A DNA stretch of 64,000 bases from an uncultured candidatus Brocadiaceae bacterium (GCA_964418595.1 CAYQMF010000015.1:5756-69755); one strand, 5' to 3'. Numbered from the stretch's first letter, positions 1 through 9,718 are shown. Numbers and translations: made by a program. The notes: generated by a model from the sequence alone, not told the origin.

Positions 1-1146
1 TGCCTCGCCGCCCAGGACCTCCCGCCCGCGCCCCCCGGCGTCGCCATCCCCGTCGATCGCGATCCGGTCACCACGGCGTCGGGCCTGCGCTACACGGTGC
101 TCACGCCCGGTGCGCCCGACGGGGAGCGGCCGCGCGTGGGCGATCGCGTGCGCGTGCACTACACGGGCTGGCTGAAGGACGGCACGCAGTTCGACTCGAG
201 CCGCGGCGGCCAGCCCGCCGAGTTCCTGCTCGGCCGCGTGATCGGCGGGTGGAACGAGGGGGTTGCGCTGATGACCAAGGGGGCGCGCTTCAAGCTGACC
301 ATCCCGCCGGCGCTGGGCTACGGCGCCGCGGGCGCGCCGCCCACGATCCCAGGCGACGCGACGCTCATGTTCGACGTGGAGCTGCTCGACTTCGTGGCGG
401 GCCCGCGCTTCGTCGCCATCGACGGCGACAAGGCCAAGTCCACCGAGTCGGGCCTTCGCCATCAGGTGCTGGCCGCTGGCGAAGGCGACGCCCTCGCGGC
501 ATCCGATCGCTTCGAGCTGCGCTACGGCGTTTGGACTCCGGCGGGCGAGTTCGTGCTGAACTACCTCGGTGAGCCGCGGCCCGTGCGCATCGCGCTCGAA
601 CAGATGAGCATGGCGTTCATGAAGGAACTCGTCGGCCTGCTCAAGACCGGCGGCCGGTGCGTGGCCGAAGTGCCGGTCGAGGCTGCGTTCCCCGACGCCG
701 AGCGTCGCCCGCCGACCCTCGGCGACGCGAAGCTGTGCGTCTGGCAGTTCGAGGTCGTGCGCACCTTCCGCCCCATGCCGGTGCCGGAGTTCAAGGCGAG
801 CGACGCCGACAAGCTGAAGAAGACCGCGAGCGGGCTCGCCTACGAGACGCTGCGCGAGGGCACCGGCAAGACGCCCACCGCGGACGACGTCGTGCAGGTT
901 CACTACGTGGGCTGGCTGGAGGACGGCAAGGTCTTCGACTCCAGCTACGCCAGCGGCGAGGAGGCGGAGTTTCCCCTGCGCGGCGTGATCGACGGGTGGA
1001 CCGAGGGCTTGCAGCTCATGAAGGAGGGCGGCATGGCCCAGTTCGTGATCCCGGCGGCCCTTGCCTACGGGGCCGAGGGGCGACCGCCGGTGATCCCCGC
1101 GGGCGCCACCCTCGTGTTCCGGATCGAGCTGATCACGGTGCGCTGA
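1..1146 (+). CDS. FKBP-type peptidyl-prolyl cis-trans isomerase with two FKBP domains (5' end outside window)
   Basis: Frame 1 is open from nt 1 (..TTASGLRYTVLTPG..), so the GTG at 97 is internal. Two FKBP halves are present: 'GDRVRVHYTGWLKDGTQFDSSRGGQPAEFLLGRVIGGWNEGVALMTKGARFKLTIPPALGYG' and 'DDVVQVHYVGWLEDGKVFDSSYASGEEAEFPLRGVIDGWTEGLQLMKEGGMAQFVIPAALAYG'. Confidence 0.92.
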   Translation, partial: CLAAQDLPPAPPGVAIPVDRDPVTTASGLRYTVLTPGAPDGERPRVGDRVRVHYTGWLKDGTQFDSSRGGQPAEFLLGRVIGGWNEGVALMTKGARFKLTIPPALGYGAAGAPPTIPGDATLMFDVELLDFVAGPRFVAIDGDKAKSTESGLRHQVLAAGEGDALAASDRFELRYGVWTPAGEFVLNYLGEPRPVRIALEQMSMAFMKELVGLLKTGGRCVAEVPVEAAFPDAERRPPTLGDAKLCVWQFEVVRTFRPMPVPEFKASDADKLKKTASGLAYETLREGTGKTPTADDVVQVHYVGWLEDGKVFDSSYASGEEAEFPLRGVIDGWTEGLQLMKEGGMAQFVIPAALAYGAEGRPPVIPAGATLVFRIELITVR

Positions 1147-1213
1147 AGAAGAGTTGCGGAGTCCCGCGGTGAGACGCGGTGCTGGCCGATGCACATGGAG
1201 AAGGGGAAGAACC

Positions 1214-1942
1214 ATGCACAGACGGCAGTCCGGTTTCACATTGATCGAGTTGATGATCGTGGTCGCGGTGATCGCGGTCCTCGCGGCCATCGCGGTCCCG
1301 AACCTCGTCGGGTCGCGGGCGGTGGCGAACGAGACCGCCGCGATCGCGACCCTGCGGGAGATCGCGCGCGCCCAGATGCAGTGCCGCGTGTCGGGTGCCA
1401 TCGACGTCAACACCAACGGAACCGGGGAGTACGGCTTCCTCGCCGAGCTGAATGCCGGCGTCGGGATCCGCCAGCGCAACGGGCGACAGTCGAACAACCT
1501 GGTGCAGCCGAGGCTGCTCGGGCCTGCCGACGTGACGGCGGTGCGGTACCGGGGGAATCCCAACCAGGGCTGCGCCATCGAGCGCAGCGGCTATTTCTTC
1601 TCGGTCTTCCTCCCCAACGCCACCGCCCGCTTCGTGGCGGAGGCGACCACGGGCGGCGCATCGAACCGCAACAACCCTGACGCGACGGCTGCCCAGAACC
1701 TGTGGTGTGCGTACGCGTGGCCGGTGCAGTGGTCGGTGACGGGATCCCGGGTGTTCTTCGTCAACCAGGCGGGCGACATCCTGGTCGCCCCCAACCAGAC
1801 CAACGCGTCGAAGTACAGCGGCGCGACGCGCGGCCCGCGGGCGGACTCGGCCTACCTGCGGGGTGGCGGGCGCACGATGACGGCGCCGTTGGCGATCAAC
1901 GCCACCGGCAACGACGGCCAGACCTGGATCCCGGTCCGCTAG
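1214..1942 (+). CDS. prepilin-type N-terminal cleavage/methylation domain protein (type IV pilin / T2SS pseudopilin-like)
   Basis: Prepilin leader and hydrophobic helix 'MHRRQSG|FTLIELMIVVAVIAVLAAIAVPNL'. The ATG at 1214 lies 20 codons inside the TTG-started track ORF 1154..1942. Confidence 0.88.
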   Translation: MHRRQSGFTLIELMIVVAVIAVLAAIAVPNLVGSRAVANETAAIATLREIARAQMQCRVSGAIDVNTNGTGEYGFLAELNAGVGIRQRNGRQSNNLVQPRLLGPADVTAVRYRGNPNQGCAIERSGYFFSVFLPNATARFVAEATTGGASNRNNPDATAAQNLWCAYAWPVQWSVTGSRVFFVNQAGDILVAPNQTNASKYSGATRGPRADSAYLRGGGRTMTAPLAINATGNDGQTWIPVR

Positions 1943-1964
1943 CTAGGCCGACTCGCCTGCTCGC

Positions 1965-3257
1965 TCAGCCGGGCAGGCCGTGCCGGGCGACGTGCTCGAT
2001 CGCTGCGCTCAGTGTGTCGAGTTCGTCCAGCGTGGTGAAGACGTTGGCGCTGATCCTGATCCCCTCGAAGCGGGGATGCTTGATCCCGGCCACCAGGATC
2101 CGGCGCTCGTCCCACAGCCACTTCGCCAGCGCGAGGCTGTCGATCCCCTCGAGTTCCAGCGTGCCGATCGCGCAGGAGAACGCGGGCCGCAGGCTGGTGT
2201 GCAGGCGCGCGCGTCCGGTGGCCAGGGCGCGCCTGGCCCAGGTGTCGCGCAGGAAGCGCAGGCGCGCCGACTTGCGGGCCATGCCGATGGTCTGATGCAG
2301 GGTGAGCGCTTCGGCGATGGCCAGGTAGGGAGCCAGCGGGTGCGTGCCGATCTCCTCGAACTTGCGGATGTCGTCGTCGAGCGCTGCCGGGGCGGCCTGC
2401 AAGGGCCATAGACCGCCGATGCGATCCTTCCGTACCCAGAGCAGGCCGCAACCCACCGGCGCCGCGAGCCACTTGTGCAGGCTGGTCGCGAAGTAGTCGG
2501 CGCCGAGGTCTGCCACCGCGAAGCCGAACTGCGCCAGCGAGTGTGCGCCGTCGACGATGACGGGGATGCCGCGGGCGCGGGCGAGGTCGGCGACCGCGCG
2601 CACCGGCAGGATCTGGCCCGTGAGGTTGATCACGTGGCTGATGAGGATGACGCGGGTCTTGTCGGTGAGCGCGGCGGCGAATCGGCGCACGACCTCGGCG
2701 TCGTCCTCGCACGGGACCGGCAGCTCGATCTCCCGCAGCACGATGCCGTCGCGGCGCTCGCGCTGCTTCCAGGTGTTCAGCATCCGCGGGTAGTCCTGGT
2801 CGGTGGTGACGACCTCGTCGCCGGCCTTCAGGTCGAGCCCCGCCTCGCAGATCTGCAGGCCTTCCGACGCGTTGCGGGTGATGGCGATCTCTTCCGGATC
2901 GGCGCCGAAGGCCCGCGCGAGCTGCGCGCGCACGGCCTCGCGCTGCGGCGGGAGTTCCGTCCACAGGGTGTACGGCGGCGCCTTGTTGCAGTAGTCGAGG
3001 TGCCGCTTCATCGCCTCCAGCGCCATCGACGACGTGGGACTGCAGCCGCCGCTGTTGAGGTTCAGGATGCTGCGGTCGAGTGGGAACGCGCGCGCCACCT
3101 CGGCCCACAGCGCTTCGTCCTCGGCGTCGGACTCCGGCGACCGGCCGCGCCGGTCCGCGGCCTCGAGCGCGGCGAGCGCCCCTTCGTGGTCGCGGCGGAG
3201 CGCATGCGTGGCGAGGAGCGGCGCGCCGATGGCGCCGAGGAAGCGTCGACGGTCCAT
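1965..3257 (-). CDS. aminotransferase class V-fold PLP-dependent enzyme (isopenicillin-N-epimerase/cysteine-desulfurase-like) with Tat-type signal
   Basis: N-terminal twin-arginine motif 'MDRRRFLGAIGAPLLA'. PLP-lysine region 'ATSLHKWLAAPVGCGLLWV'. Protein-like composition, unlike the overlapping 806-aa shadow ORF. Confidence 0.85.
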   Translation of the reverse strand: MDRRRFLGAIGAPLLATHALRRDHEGALAALEAADRRGRSPESDAEDEALWAEVARAFPLDRSILNLNSGGCSPTSSMALEAMKRHLDYCNKAPPYTLWTELPPQREAVRAQLARAFGADPEEIAITRNASEGLQICEAGLDLKAGDEVVTTDQDYPRMLNTWKQRERRDGIVLREIELPVPCEDDAEVVRRFAAALTDKTRVILISHVINLTGQILPVRAVADLARARGIPVIVDGAHSLAQFGFAVADLGADYFATSLHKWLAAPVGCGLLWVRKDRIGGLWPLQAAPAALDDDIRKFEEIGTHPLAPYLAIAEALTLHQTIGMARKSARLRFLRDTWARRALATGRARLHTSLRPAFSCAIGTLELEGIDSLALAKWLWDERRILVAGIKHPRFEGIRISANVFTTLDELDTLSAAIEHVARHGLPG

Positions 3258-3323
3258 CGCGGCAGTCTACGCCTGTGACCCAAGGCTGCCTGCGGTGCTT
3301 CGCACCGCCAGGCGGAGCGGGGC

Positions 3324-4766
3324 TCAGGTCCGGCTTGCCTGGTAGCCGTCGGTGATGCCGACGCCCAACCAGGAACCCTCGCGCAGGTAGCGGATGCTGC
3401 GTTGGCCGGCCGCCAGCATCGGCACCACTTCCATCGCCATCTCGATGCACTCGTTCTGGTTGCAGTAGCGGAACAGGCCCTGGCGCCCCACGGATACCAG
3501 GTTCCTGGCTTCGCCGAGCGCCTCGAGCAGCCGGCCGGCGCGCTCCTTGTACTGCTGCACCTGGACCGGGTACGCGAAGCGCGTGCGCACGACGTCGTAG
3601 CCGAGCACGTCGGCGCGGTTCAGGAAGCCGAGCTGGCACAGCGCCGTGATGCTGTCCTCGGCGATGGTCGTGTCCGCCTGCTGCCAGGCGGGCTCTTCGG
3701 GACTCATCGCGACCTCGAGCACGAGGCCGGTGGTGCCTGGCGGGCACATGTCGGCCTCGAACAGGCCGAACTCGGTGCTGCGCTGGAACGGTACCTTGGC
3801 GTCCGGGAAGTAGATCCAGTGGTTGCCGGTCACGACCGGCTTGCCGACGCGCAGGAAGACGAACGCCATGCCCCGGAAGGGCAGGTGGTTGTCGGCCAGC
3901 AGCCGATCGGCGCGCGGGCCCAGCACCATCCTGGTGAGCGCCGGCAGCGGGATCGTGGACACCACGCTGTCGAAGCCGCCGTGCGTCGAGCCGTCGGCGA
4001 ACCGGAGTTCGTCGATGTCGCCGTCGGCGTTGCGGCGCACGGCCACGAGCTGGCGTCCGAACTCGATGCTGCCGCCCAGTTCCTCGAAGGCGCGGCGCAG
4101 GTGGCGCTGCAGCGTGCCCGCGCCGCCGCGCGTGTACAGGAAGTCCTTGCGGAACTCGCTGTGGGTCTTCTTGAAGTCGTCGGCGCCGAGCCAGCGGTGC
4201 TTGACCATCTTCTTGAAGAGGTCCCACACCGAATCGACCGTGATCCGGTCCGAGGCGGTGCGCGGGTCGATGTCGTGCGGATCGATGCCCCAGACCTTCT
4301 GCGTGTAGGGTCCGAAGTACACGTCGTACAGCGAACGGCCGAACCGCGCCTTGGTCCACGCCGCGAAGCTGTCGTCGGCCGGCTTGCGGAACAGGTTGCA
4401 GAGCCGGTTGAACGCGGCCTCGAAGCCGGCGCGCAGGGTGATCAACGGGTTGATGCTGCGCACCACGTCGACCAGGCCGAACGGGTAGGGGACGAGGCGT
4501 CCGCCGAAGTGCTGCGAGGTCTTCTTGACCACCGTCAGCAGGTCGTCGCCGCAGACCTCGCGCAGGAGGGCCTTCAGCTCCTCGTTGTCGGTGACGAACT
4601 CGTGCGGCCCGAAGTCGAACGCGAACCCGCTCGGGTGCCGGTAGGTGCCGGCGAGGCCGCCCTCCGTCGCCGCGGCCTCGAAGATGCGCGCCGGGATGCC
4701 GCGCTTGGCCAGCAGATAGCCGAAGGCGAGGCCGGTGATGCCGGCGCCTAGGATGGCGACGGTCAT
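3324..4766 (-). CDS. NAD(P)/FAD-dependent oxidoreductase (amine-oxidase / protoporphyrinogen-oxidase-like fold)
   Basis: N-terminal dinucleotide-binding motif 'VAILGAGITGLAFGYLLAKRGIPARIFEAAATEGGLAGT'. Full-length 480-aa ORF with normal composition. Confidence 0.8.
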   Translation of the reverse strand: MTVAILGAGITGLAFGYLLAKRGIPARIFEAAATEGGLAGTYRHPSGFAFDFGPHEFVTDNEELKALLREVCGDDLLTVVKKTSQHFGGRLVPYPFGLVDVVRSINPLITLRAGFEAAFNRLCNLFRKPADDSFAAWTKARFGRSLYDVYFGPYTQKVWGIDPHDIDPRTASDRITVDSVWDLFKKMVKHRWLGADDFKKTHSEFRKDFLYTRGGAGTLQRHLRRAFEELGGSIEFGRQLVAVRRNADGDIDELRFADGSTHGGFDSVVSTIPLPALTRMVLGPRADRLLADNHLPFRGMAFVFLRVGKPVVTGNHWIYFPDAKVPFQRSTEFGLFEADMCPPGTTGLVLEVAMSPEEPAWQQADTTIAEDSITALCQLGFLNRADVLGYDVVRTRFAYPVQVQQYKERAGRLLEALGEARNLVSVGRQGLFRYCNQNECIEMAMEVVPMLAAGQRSIRYLREGSWLGVGITDGYQASRT

Positions 4767-4949
4767 CGCGGCTCGATGGGATTGGGACGCGGCGGCAGCA
4801 CGGGAGGATCAGAGTCTATATCGGCGATGCGGGCCCTGACCTTGGCGCCGAGTGGGAAAGCATCGGTCGTGTCGCGGTCTGGCGCGGTCCGCCGTGTGCG
4901 CCACCACCTTGATTCGTCGCCCGGCAGCGCAGAGATTGCCCGCCCTGCC

Positions 4950-5261
4950 ATGGTCAAGATCCACCGCAACCAGTCCGACGACGACCGCCTCGAGCAGATG
5001 CTGGCCGCGTTGTGTGCGAGGCAAGGCTACCGGTTGGACGTCGAGGGGTGGGCGCGCAAGACCTTCGACATCTACGCGGGCACGGTGCGGAATCGCGACA
5101 GCGTCCTCCTCGTGCGCACCGAGAGCTTCACCCTGCAGAACGGCGAGATCCGCGTGTTCGACGATCGCGGGCTGCCGCTCGCCCAGGAGATCGGCGAGGC
5201 GCTGGAGCGCGACTTCGGCGTGAAGGAAGCGGTCGTGATCCCCGACCGGTTGCCGGACTGA
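4950..5261 (+). CDS. hypothetical protein (103 aa)
   Basis: The protein-like part of track ORF 4776..5261 starts at the internal ATG ('MVKIHRNQSDDDRLEQMLAALCARQGYRLDVEGW..'). I recognise no motif. Confidence 0.45.
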   Translation: MVKIHRNQSDDDRLEQMLAALCARQGYRLDVEGWARKTFDIYAGTVRNRDSVLLVRTESFTLQNGEIRVFDDRGLPLAQEIGEALERDFGVKEAVVIPDRLPD

Positions 5262-5262
5262 G

Positions 5263-6054
5263 TCAGTTGCGCTTGCGCGAGAAGATCGCGAACTTCGCCA
5301 GCCGCAGCTTCGCGAGCGTGAACTGCAGCAGCGTCCAGACCGTGAGCAGGCCGTAGCGCAGGCTGCGCTTGAAGTTGATCGACGACGCTTCCTTGAAGTA
5401 GCGGCACGGCACCGGCACGTCGCTCATGCGGAAGTCGAAGAATGCGACCTGGGCGAGGAACTGGCTGTCGAACACGAAGTCGTCGGAGTTCGCCTGCCAG
5501 GGGATCTGCTCGAGCACCTCGCGCGCGTACGCCCGGTAGCCGGTGTGGAAGTCGCCGAGGTTCTGCCCGAGCACCACGTTCTCGGTCATCGTCAGCAGGC
5601 GGTTGGCGAGGTATTTCCAGCGCGGCATGCCGCAGCGCACGGCTTCGCGCCGGCTGCGGATGCGGCTGCCCAGCACGACGTCGCAGATGTTGAGGCCGAT
5701 GAACTCGGCCAGCGTCGGCACCACGCGCGGGTCGTACTGGTAGTCGGGGTGGAGCATCACCACGATGTCGGCGCCCATCTCGAGCGCGAGGCGGTAGCAG
5801 GTCTTCTGGTTGCCACCGTAGCCTAGGTTGCGCTCGTGGCGCACCGCGCGGATGCCCAGCCGCTGCGCCGTCGCCAGCGTGTCGTCGGGGCTGTGGTCGT
5901 CGACCAGGAGGAACTCGATGCGCGGGTCCTTCGGCACCGCGGCGACCGTGGCCTCCACCGTCTTGGCGGCGCGATACGCCGGCAGGACCACCACGATCTT
6001 GCCGACCTTTCGTGGCGGTGGTTCGTCGACGAAGGCGGGGTGGAGTTCGCTCAC
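5263..6054 (-). CDS. glycosyltransferase family 2
   Basis: GT2 signature 'VVVLPAYRAAKTVEATVAAVP...FLLVDDHSPDDT...RHERNLGYGGNQKTCY'. Confidence 0.88.
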   Translation of the reverse strand: MSELHPAFVDEPPPRKVGKIVVVLPAYRAAKTVEATVAAVPKDPRIEFLLVDDHSPDDTLATAQRLGIRAVRHERNLGYGGNQKTCYRLALEMGADIVVMLHPDYQYDPRVVPTLAEFIGLNICDVVLGSRIRSRREAVRCGMPRWKYLANRLLTMTENVVLGQNLGDFHTGYRAYAREVLEQIPWQANSDDFVFDSQFLAQVAFFDFRMSDVPVPCRYFKEASSINFKRSLRYGLLTVWTLLQFTLAKLRLAKFAIFSRKRN

Positions 6055-6085
6055 GGGTTGCCGCGGAGCCTACGCCGCACCGCGG

Positions 6086-6523
6086 TCATGTCGAGGCCGA
6101 GTCCGGCGCCGGAGCATCGGGCTGCAGGGGGTGCGTGCCGATGGCGCGATGGTGCACCGGCCGGCCCGCAAGCAGATGTTCCTGGATGATCTCCTCGAGT
6201 GTCGCGGGGTCGCAGCCCCCGTACCAGGTGCCTTCGGGATAGACGACGGCGATCGGGCCGCCGGCGCAGATGCGCAGGCAGTTGGCCTTCGTGCGCTGCA
6301 CCCCACCGTGTTCGGAGAGTCCGAGTTCCCGCAGCCGCCGCTTGAGGAACTCCCACGCCGCGAGCGACTCGCCCTTGTCGCAGCACTTGGGCACGGTCTG
6401 ATCGCAGCAGAGGAAGATGTGGCGCCGCACCTGGGGGAGCCCCAGGCGTTCGGCGATGGCGCGTTGCTCGGCGGTTGCCGGTGCGGGCACGGGCGCCGGC
6501 GGGGGATCTCGACTCGGGTCCAT
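6086..6523 (-). CDS. thioredoxin-like (2Fe-2S) ferredoxin domain protein
   Basis: Cys pattern '[17 protein letters not shown]...[23 protein letters not shown]'. The start at internal ATG 'MDPSRD' sits 2 nt after the upstream gene stop. The N-terminal 116 codons of the track ORF are Arg-rich shadow. Confidence 0.75.
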   Translation of the reverse strand: MDPSRDPPPAPVPAPATAEQRAIAERLGLPQVRRHIFLCCDQTVPKCCDKGESLAAWEFLKRRLRELGLSEHGGVQRTKANCLRICAGGPIAVVYPEGTWYGGCDPATLEEIIQEHLLAGRPVHHRAIGTHPLQPDAPAPDSAST

Positions 6524-6525
6524 CG

Positions 6526-6915
6526 TCACTCGACGAAGTCGTAGACCACGACCCGCTCGAGGTGTTCGCCCATCAGGGTCCGCAGCTCTTCGTGCACCGG
6601 GTGCGTCTGCCAGTCGGCCTCCGCTGCGCCGTCCGCGAAGCGGACGATGCTCATGAGCGAGAACGAGTCGTCGACCACGTCGCGGCCGGACGGCCGCGCC
6701 TTGCCGATCCAGACTACCTCCACGCCGGGCACGCTGCCGTGCAGCCGCCGCGTGTAGAACTCGACCATGCGCGTGCCGAGCTCGGGCGGCGCGCTCGGCT
6801 TGATCCAGAAGGCGACGACGTGGACGAGGGCGCCGGCACCTGGGGCGGTGACGTGGGGCACGCTGGCGCATGCGGAGAGCAACGCCGCCTGGGCGAGGCC
6901 GAGTGCGAGACGCAT
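6526..6915 (-). CDS. Dabb (stress-responsive alpha/beta-barrel) family lipoprotein
   Basis: Lipobox 'LLSACAS', then '[11 protein letters not shown]...[10 protein letters not shown]...[30 protein letters not shown]', typical of Dabb domains. Confidence 0.7.
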   Translation of the reverse strand: MRLALGLAQAALLSACASVPHVTAPGAGALVHVVAFWIKPSAPPELGTRMVEFYTRRLHGSVPGVEVVWIGKARPSGRDVVDDSFSLMSIVRFADGAAEADWQTHPVHEELRTLMGEHLERVVVYDFVE

Positions 6916-6937
6916 CGCGCCGATCGTAGCCGAAGGA

Positions 6938-8305
6938 TCAGCCGCGCCTGAACACCATGCTCTGCACCGGCGGGAGCAGCGGCTTGGCGAGCCGGCGTTC
7001 GGTGTACATCGCCCCGACGACCGCCGACATCAGCATCAGGTGTGGCTGGCGCAGGAACGAGTCGCCCCAGGCCGAGAACGTCAGCCAGCCGATGATGGGG
7101 GCGAGGTAGGCGCCGATGTAGGCGAAGGGCGTGTTGCCGGCGAACGCGGCACGCCCGACGTACCACGCGACCGCCAGCCAGAACGAGACGATCAGCACGG
7201 CGCCCGGGAACCCATAGGCGAGCGTGTGCAGGAGGAGGATGCCGTCGATCACCTTGATCGGGCCCGGCCGCTGGTAGTTCTCGCCGAACCCCACCCAGGG
7301 CGTCGAGTGCACCATCGACTTGAAGTGATCGATCTGCAGGAACCGGTAGTTCAGGGTCTGGCCCGTGGAGCCGATGTCGTCGTTGGTGGCGCCGAGGTAG
7401 TGCGCAGCTTGGGCGCCAGAGCCGAGCGGACTCATCATCCACACGAAGAGAGCGAAGCCGGCCAGGCCCAGAGCGACCCCGAGCCAGCGCGTGTTGCGCA
7501 GCAGGACGGGGCCGAGCAGCGCCAACGCGAGTCCCGTGATCGGCCCGCGACTCAGCGTGAGCAGGCAACCCGCTGCCGTGGCGAGGGCTGCTGGCAGGAG
7601 GAAGCGCGGCAGTGGCTGGCCCTGACCGCGCCAGCCGCGCCAGGTGCCGAGGAAGAGGATCGCCGCCAGCCCCATGTGGTGGCCGAGCTCGAGCGTGTCG
7701 CTGGCGAACACCGTGGGCCGGTACAGCCCCCCGCGCATGTCGGTGACCGTCCAGACGCCGTAGAGCGACGGGCGGAACACGGGTCCCATGCGGGTCTCGA
7801 TCAGGATCAGGCCGAGGTACAGGATGAAGAGAGGGATCGTGGCCTTGATGAAGGCCTGCAGGTCGTCGTGCGAGTGCAGATAGAGTCGGCCGGCGACGTA
7901 CGGGACGACCAGGCTCACCAGCATGACCATGAACCTCGCGAGCGCCGGCCATGTGCCCTGCAGGAGGAACACGCAGAACACGCCCCAGGCGACGAACGCG
8001 TACAGGAACGCGTCGGGCCACGCGGTACGGTAGGCGGCCCAACGTTGCCGGCTCGTGGTGAGCAGCAGGAACAGGGCAGGCAGGGTCACCGCCGTCCTGC
8101 GATCGAGGTCGGGAAGCGCGGGGAGGTTCCACACCACGTTCGGCGGCAACAGCAGCGTGCCGCAGAAGAGCAGGAACGGGATCAGCCGGTCGGGACCCAG
8201 GACGAGCCCGCCCCACAGGCAGACCAGGAACACGAGCCCCAGTGTGATCAGGGCGGAGGTGGTCATCCGAGGCGGCCTCTCGATCCACCGCGGTGGGTGC
8301 GGCAA
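6938..8305 (-). CDS. O-antigen ligase (Wzy_C)-like polytopic membrane protein
   Basis: About 10-12 hydrophobic segments and a loop motif 'CLLTLSRGPITGLALALLGPVLL'. It sits in a cluster with the GT2. An alternative start is ATG at 8266. Confidence 0.7.
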   Translation of the reverse strand: MPHPPRWIERPPRMTTSALITLGLVFLVCLWGGLVLGPDRLIPFLLFCGTLLLPPNVVWNLPALPDLDRRTAVTLPALFLLLTTSRQRWAAYRTAWPDAFLYAFVAWGVFCVFLLQGTWPALARFMVMLVSLVVPYVAGRLYLHSHDDLQAFIKATIPLFILYLGLILIETRMGPVFRPSLYGVWTVTDMRGGLYRPTVFASDTLELGHHMGLAAILFLGTWRGWRGQGQPLPRFLLPAALATAAGCLLTLSRGPITGLALALLGPVLLRNTRWLGVALGLAGFALFVWMMSPLGSGAQAAHYLGATNDDIGSTGQTLNYRFLQIDHFKSMVHSTPWVGFGENYQRPGPIKVIDGILLLHTLAYGFPGAVLIVSFWLAVAWYVGRAAFAGNTPFAYIGAYLAPIIGWLTFSAWGDSFLRQPHLMLMSAVVGAMYTERRLAKPLLPPVQSMVFRRG

Positions 8306-8504
8306 CGGACCCAGGTGCCGGTGATCCGGGGGGAGGCTGCGGCCGGGACGGGCATGTGTGGATCGGCAGCCATGGCGAGCGCGTGCGGTTGATTTCGGCA
8401 GGACAGGGTCGGTGAGTCAACGAGCGACGCGCGGAAGCTGCGTTGGCGTCGGGGCGTGGCTAAGATCGCGGCCTTCGCCTGACCCCATCCCCAACCGACA
8501 ACTC

Positions 8505-9080
8505 ATGCGCACCCTCGCCATCGCCGCCACCCTTCTCGCCATCGCTCTGCCCCTCACCGCGCAACGCGGTGGTTCCGCCAACCGGGCCGTGCCCAAGGCG
8601 ACCCAGGGCATCGAGTTCGCCAATGGCTGCTCGATCGAGATCAAGTACCGCTCGCTGAGCTGGGCGCAGGGCCGGTTCATGGAGGCGCTGAAGACGGAGG
8701 CGGGGCGCACCCGCACCAACACCGACCTCAAGGCCAACCCCACCGGGTCGCTGACGGTGTCGAAGGACTGCACGATCGGCGGCCAGGGCGTCAAGACCGG
8801 CACGCACAAGCTGTACTTCGAGGTCGATGCCGACGTCGCATTCCACCTCGTCCTCGAGGACGAAGCCGGCGGCACCGTGAAGGTCAAGCTTGCCCTCGCG
8901 GAGCAGGACGCGATGAACTCGCGCCTGTCGCTGGTCCTCACCGCCGGCAAGGGTGACACCGACGGGAACCTCGCGGTCGCCTTCGGCTCGATGGCCGGCA
9001 CGCTCGCGGTGAGCGCGACGGCCGCCAAGGCCGAGAAGGCCGAGAAGGCCGAGAACGCCAAGAAGGGCGAGCCGCGCTGA
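8505..9080 (+). CDS. secreted hypothetical protein (possibly DUF2911-like beta-sandwich)
   Basis: Signal peptide 'MRTLAIAATLLAIALPLTAQ' at an internal ATG. Beta-rich body and a low-complexity tail 'AKAEKAEKAENAKKGEPR'. Confidence 0.6.
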   Translation: MRTLAIAATLLAIALPLTAQRGGSANRAVPKATQGIEFANGCSIEIKYRSLSWAQGRFMEALKTEAGRTRTNTDLKANPTGSLTVSKDCTIGGQGVKTGTHKLYFEVDADVAFHLVLEDEAGGTVKVKLALAEQDAMNSRLSLVLTAGKGDTDGNLAVAFGSMAGTLAVSATAAKAEKAEKAENAKKGEPR

Positions 9081-9163
9081 CACCGCAGGGTGTCGATCTG
9101 CGCGTCGATGGTGACGCGCACGCGCCCTGGACGCTCGCGCTGGCGCACGGCGCCGGCGCGCCG

Positions 9164-9718
9164 ATGGACTCGCCGTTCCTCGAAGACCTGACAGCGGGCT
9201 TCGTGCAGACGGGGCTGCGCGTCGCGCGCTTCGAGTTCCCCTACATGGCCGCGCGGCGCGACGGATCGCGCCGGCCGCCCGACCGCGAGCCGGTGCTGCG
9301 GCAGACATGGCACGACGTGGTCTCGGCCCTCGCGGCCGACGTGCCACGGTCGCGGCTTGCCATCGGCGGCAAGTCGATGGGGGGGCGGATCGCGAGCCTC
9401 GTCGCCGACGACCTGGAGGTCGGCGCGCTGGTTTGCCTCGGCTATCCGTTCCATCCGCCGAAGCAGCCGGCGCGGCTGCGCGTGGCACACCTTGCCGACC
9501 TGCGGACGCCCACGCTCATCGTGCAGGGTGAGCGCGATGCCTTCGGCGGGCGCGCCGAGGTGGCTGGCTATGTGCTCTCGCCGGCGATCGAGCTGGCGTG
9601 GTGCCCCGATGGCGACCACTCGCTCGTGCCGCGGCGCGCGAGCGGGCACACGGCGGCGTCGAATCTGGCGTTGGCCGTGGCGCGAGTTGCCGCTTTCCTC
9701 ACGGCGCGACCCGTCTAG
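9164..9718 (+). CDS. alpha/beta hydrolase (KANL3/Tex30-like family); true start probably upstream of the first ATG
   Basis: 'GGKSMGGRIASLVA' nucleophile elbow, 'CLGYPFHPPKQP', 'LIVQGERDAFG', 'PDGDHSL'. The family-typical N-terminal strand 'LALAHGAGAP' is encoded in frame just upstream of 9164, where no ATG/GTG/TTG exists (see finding). Confidence 0.8.
   Translation: MDSPFLEDLTAGFVQTGLRVARFEFPYMAARRDGSRRPPDREPVLRQTWHDVVSALAADVPRSRLAIGGKSMGGRIASLVADDLEVGALVCLGYPFHPPKQPARLRVAHLADLRTPTLIVQGERDAFGGRAEVAGYVLSPAIELAWCPDGDHSLVPRRASGHTAASNLALAVARVAAFLTARPV

Noticed and set aside
1939-4359. 806-aa minus-strand ORF spanning two real genes. Similar very long ORFs occur at 11231..14491, 35576..38878, 40527..42974, 51168..54581 and 57362..60091.
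   Set aside because: Extreme Arg/Pro/Ala/Gly composition, no motifs, and each overlaps frames that carry clear family signatures. These are typical GC-rich shadow ORFs.
6714-8420. 568-aa and 541-aa ORFs (6714..8420 minus, 6767..8392 plus) overlapping the O-antigen-ligase-like gene.
   Set aside because: Both are Arg/Pro-rich with no hydrophobic segments or motifs. The 6938..8305 frame encodes a coherent polytopic membrane protein.
9026-9052. Three tandem copies of AAGGCCGAG (KAE KAE KAE) at the 3' end of CDS 8505..9080.
   Set aside because: A short in-frame low-complexity tail, not a regulatory or mobile repeat. It has minor interest only.
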